From Gemmatimonadales bacterium (lineage in GTDB: Bacteria; Gemmatimonadota; Gemmatimonadetes; Gemmatimonadales; GWC2-71-9): a DNA stretch of 64,000 nt. Shown in pieces: positions 61,725 to 64,000 of this stretch (within the stretch, counting starts at the first letter, position 1; each line of letters begins with the position of its first letter). The notes under the pieces were generated by a model, which had not been told where the DNA came from, made no database searches, and saw nothing but the letters and a program-made list of their open reading frames with translations. The stretch is from assembly GCA_041577295.1 (NCBI GenBank), contig JBFGJG010000007.1, forward strand, positions 32,001 to 96,000, written 5' to 3'. Made by a program: the position numbers and the translations under genes.

Positions 61725-64000
61725 TTAGGCGGTCCTCCGCCCCTTCACCCCTTTATTGCACGGCTTCGCGTTGACCACACACACCTTGAGTTCTGCGGTC
61801 TCCGTTATCGGGTCGTAGCCCGATCCGGTGAGCACGTTCACAGGGACATCGGCAAAGCTGAAACTGGCGAAGACGGTCCCCCTTGGTGACCGGCGCGTGG
61901 CCTTGACCTTGATCTCGATCGAACCGCGCGGGCTCGTCAGCTGACACCAACCGCCGTCCTCGAGACCGTACTTGGCCACGTCGTCGGGGTGTACTTCGAG
62001 CACCTCTTCGGGAAGCAGGTAATCGATACCGGCTGAGCGGCCGGTCTGGGTCCGGGTATGGTACGACTGGAGACGTCGGCCCGTCGTGAGCCAGAGGGGG
62101 AATTCCTCGTTAATGGTCTCGGCCGGGTCACGGTATCTGATGAGCTTGAAGACCCCACGACCGTTGATGAAGCGTTCTTCGTGGAGCCGCGGTGTTCCTG
62201 GGTGTCCCTTCTCCGGCACCGGCCAGTGATACTCACCGTGCTCGATACGGTCCCAGTCGAGTCCGTGATAAGTCGCCGACAGCTCACACATCTCGTTGAA
62301 GACGTCTTTGGCTTCCATCCACTCGAAGCCCATGAACCCGAGGCGCTTTGCCAACTGCGCGACAATCCACCAATCCGGCTTCGCCTCGCCCGGCGGCTCA
62401 ACGGCTTTGCGGAGCCGTTGCACCCTGCGCTCCGTGTTGGTGCACGTCCCGTCCGTCTCGCCCCAGGCAGTTGCGGGAAACACCACGTCTGCCAGCTGCG
62501 CGGTCTCGGTCAAAAAGATGTCGATGACCACGAGATGGTCGAGACTCGTAAGGGCGTGCTCGCAATGACGTCGGTCGGGGTCGGACAGCAGCGTGTTCTC
62601 GCCATTGATGATCATCGCGCGGATCTGATCACCGCACTGCTTGAGTGCCGTGACCTTGGTAATGCCTTTTTCGAGGTCGACCGTTCTCCCGTAGGCTTCA
62701 GCGAACTTCGCTTGGTTCGCGAGATTGGTGACCGGCTGAAAGCCCGGGTAGTTGTTGGGGAGCGCACCGGAGTCGCCCGCGCCCTGGATGTTGTTTTGGC
62801 CGCGCATCGGGTTGATGCCGGTCCCTTCGCGCCCCACGTTGCCGGTCATGAGCGCGAGGTTGCACAGGCTCTGCACGTTCTCGACGCCACAGATATGCTC
62901 GGTGACCCCGAGTGTGTAATAGATGGCACCACGTTCGGCGCCACCGTACCACAGTGCGGCCTGTTCGATGTCCTTCGCGGGGACACCGGATATGGACTCG
63001 GCCCACTCCGGGGTGAACTCCTTGACGTGCTGGAGGAATTCGGTGCTCTCGACGGTTCGCTCGGCAATAAAGCCCGGATCAACGAGCCCCTCCCGCGCAA
63101 TGACGTGCGCCATTCCCAATAACAGCGCCACGTCCGAGCCGACACGGATCGGCAGGTAGAGGTCGGCGAGATCGGCCAGCCCAATGTGTCTCGGGTCGGC
63201 GACGATGAGCTTCGCGCCACCGGCAACGGCCTTCTTCATGCGTGTGGCCGCCACCGGATGGCATTCGGTCATGTTGGTACCGATACAGAAGATGACGTCC
63301 GGCTTTTCCATGTCGGCCAGCGGGTTTGACATGGCGCCTCGTCCGATCGTGGCTGCCAGACCGGCAACCGTGGGAGAGTGTCAGGCACGGCTACAGTTGT
63401 CTATGTAGTTGGTTCCGAACCCGGCGCGAATGAACTTCTGCATCGAATACGCAGCCTCACTCGGCGCCCGACCCGACGCGACCCCATAGACACTGTGCCG
63501 TCCGTATTCCGTCAAGACCTTCTCAAACCCTTCGGCGGCCCGGTCGAGCGCGGACTCCCAGTCGGTCTCGTGCAGCTCGCCGTCGTCACCGCGCACCATC
63601 GGCCGCTTCAGGCGATCTGGGTGATGCACGAAGTCGTAGGCGAACTGCCCCTTCACACACAGGGCGCCCTCGTTGGCCGGCCCGTCCATAGCGGGGTGTA
63701 CCCCGACGATGGTGTCATTCTTGGTGAGAATGTCGACCGAACACCCCACCCCGCAGTACGGACAGATGGTGCGTGTTTTATCGATCGCTCCCGGCGTTTC
63801 CATGTGGCGCATCGCTTTCCGGTCTGCCAGCGCGCCGGTGGGACAGGTCTGTACACACTGACCGCAGAAGGTGCACGCGGAATCTCTTAGCAGGCCATTG
63901 AACTCGGTGGTGATTTGCGTGTGGAACCCACGGTTCATGACGCTGATGGCGTAATCACCTTCCTGTTCGGCGCATACGCGGACGCAACGATAGCACGAAA
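61725..64000 (-). CDS. fdhF: Selenocysteine-containing FdhF-type formate dehydrogenase alpha subunit with N-terminal Fe-S domain (5' truncated; Sec UGA at 63383-63381)
   Basis: Frame open to the window edge (SCYRCVRVC, CTFCGQCVQTCP, CPYCGVGC..CVKG); NCSRA-U-HSPTVAGLAATIGRGAMSN; RGQNNIQGA, GTCTNTERRVQ, TAELK. Confidence 0.93.
63351..63369 (-). promoter_or_regulatory. SECIS hairpin of the FdhF-type gene
   Basis: GGTTGCCG-GTC-TGGCAGCC stem-loop 11 nt after the UGA, resembling the E. coli fdhF SECIS (GGUUGCAGGUCUGCACC). Confidence 0.9.

Overview
GC-rich bacterial chromosomal segment, probably Gemmatimonadota-like (an inference from gene content and style, not a database result). It is densely coding, and I saw no rRNA, tRNA, CRISPR array or transposase. 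In order it carries: tandem HEAT-repeat paralogs; an M42 peptidase and OPT transporter; ctaG-cbiX; a four-gene minor type IV pilin cluster; an RDD-SpoIIM / DUF4129 / DUF4350 / MoxR / DUF58 cluster followed by NfeD-flotillin; a methionine cluster (MTHFR-like gene, Hcy-methyltransferase-MTHFR fusion, metH behind a SAM-II riboswitch); a fused E2/E1 2-oxoglutarate dehydrogenase; a cold-shock gene; an Lhr helicase interrupted by one in-frame TGA; an AAA/vWA pair; and a degenerate GH38-like Tat protein. At the right end are two adjacent selenocysteine formate dehydrogenases (FdhF-type and FdnGHI-FdhE), which the ORF track splits at UGA codons followed by SECIS hairpins. The most unusual structure is a dispersed set of degenerate 7-, 8- and 9-nt tandem-unit elements. 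They often form inverted pairs at gene ends, supply stop and start codons, and sit in-frame inside genes in either orientation. Also noted: a leaderless-promoter signature and a recurrent TAAG-N17-CTTA (IHF-like) motif.
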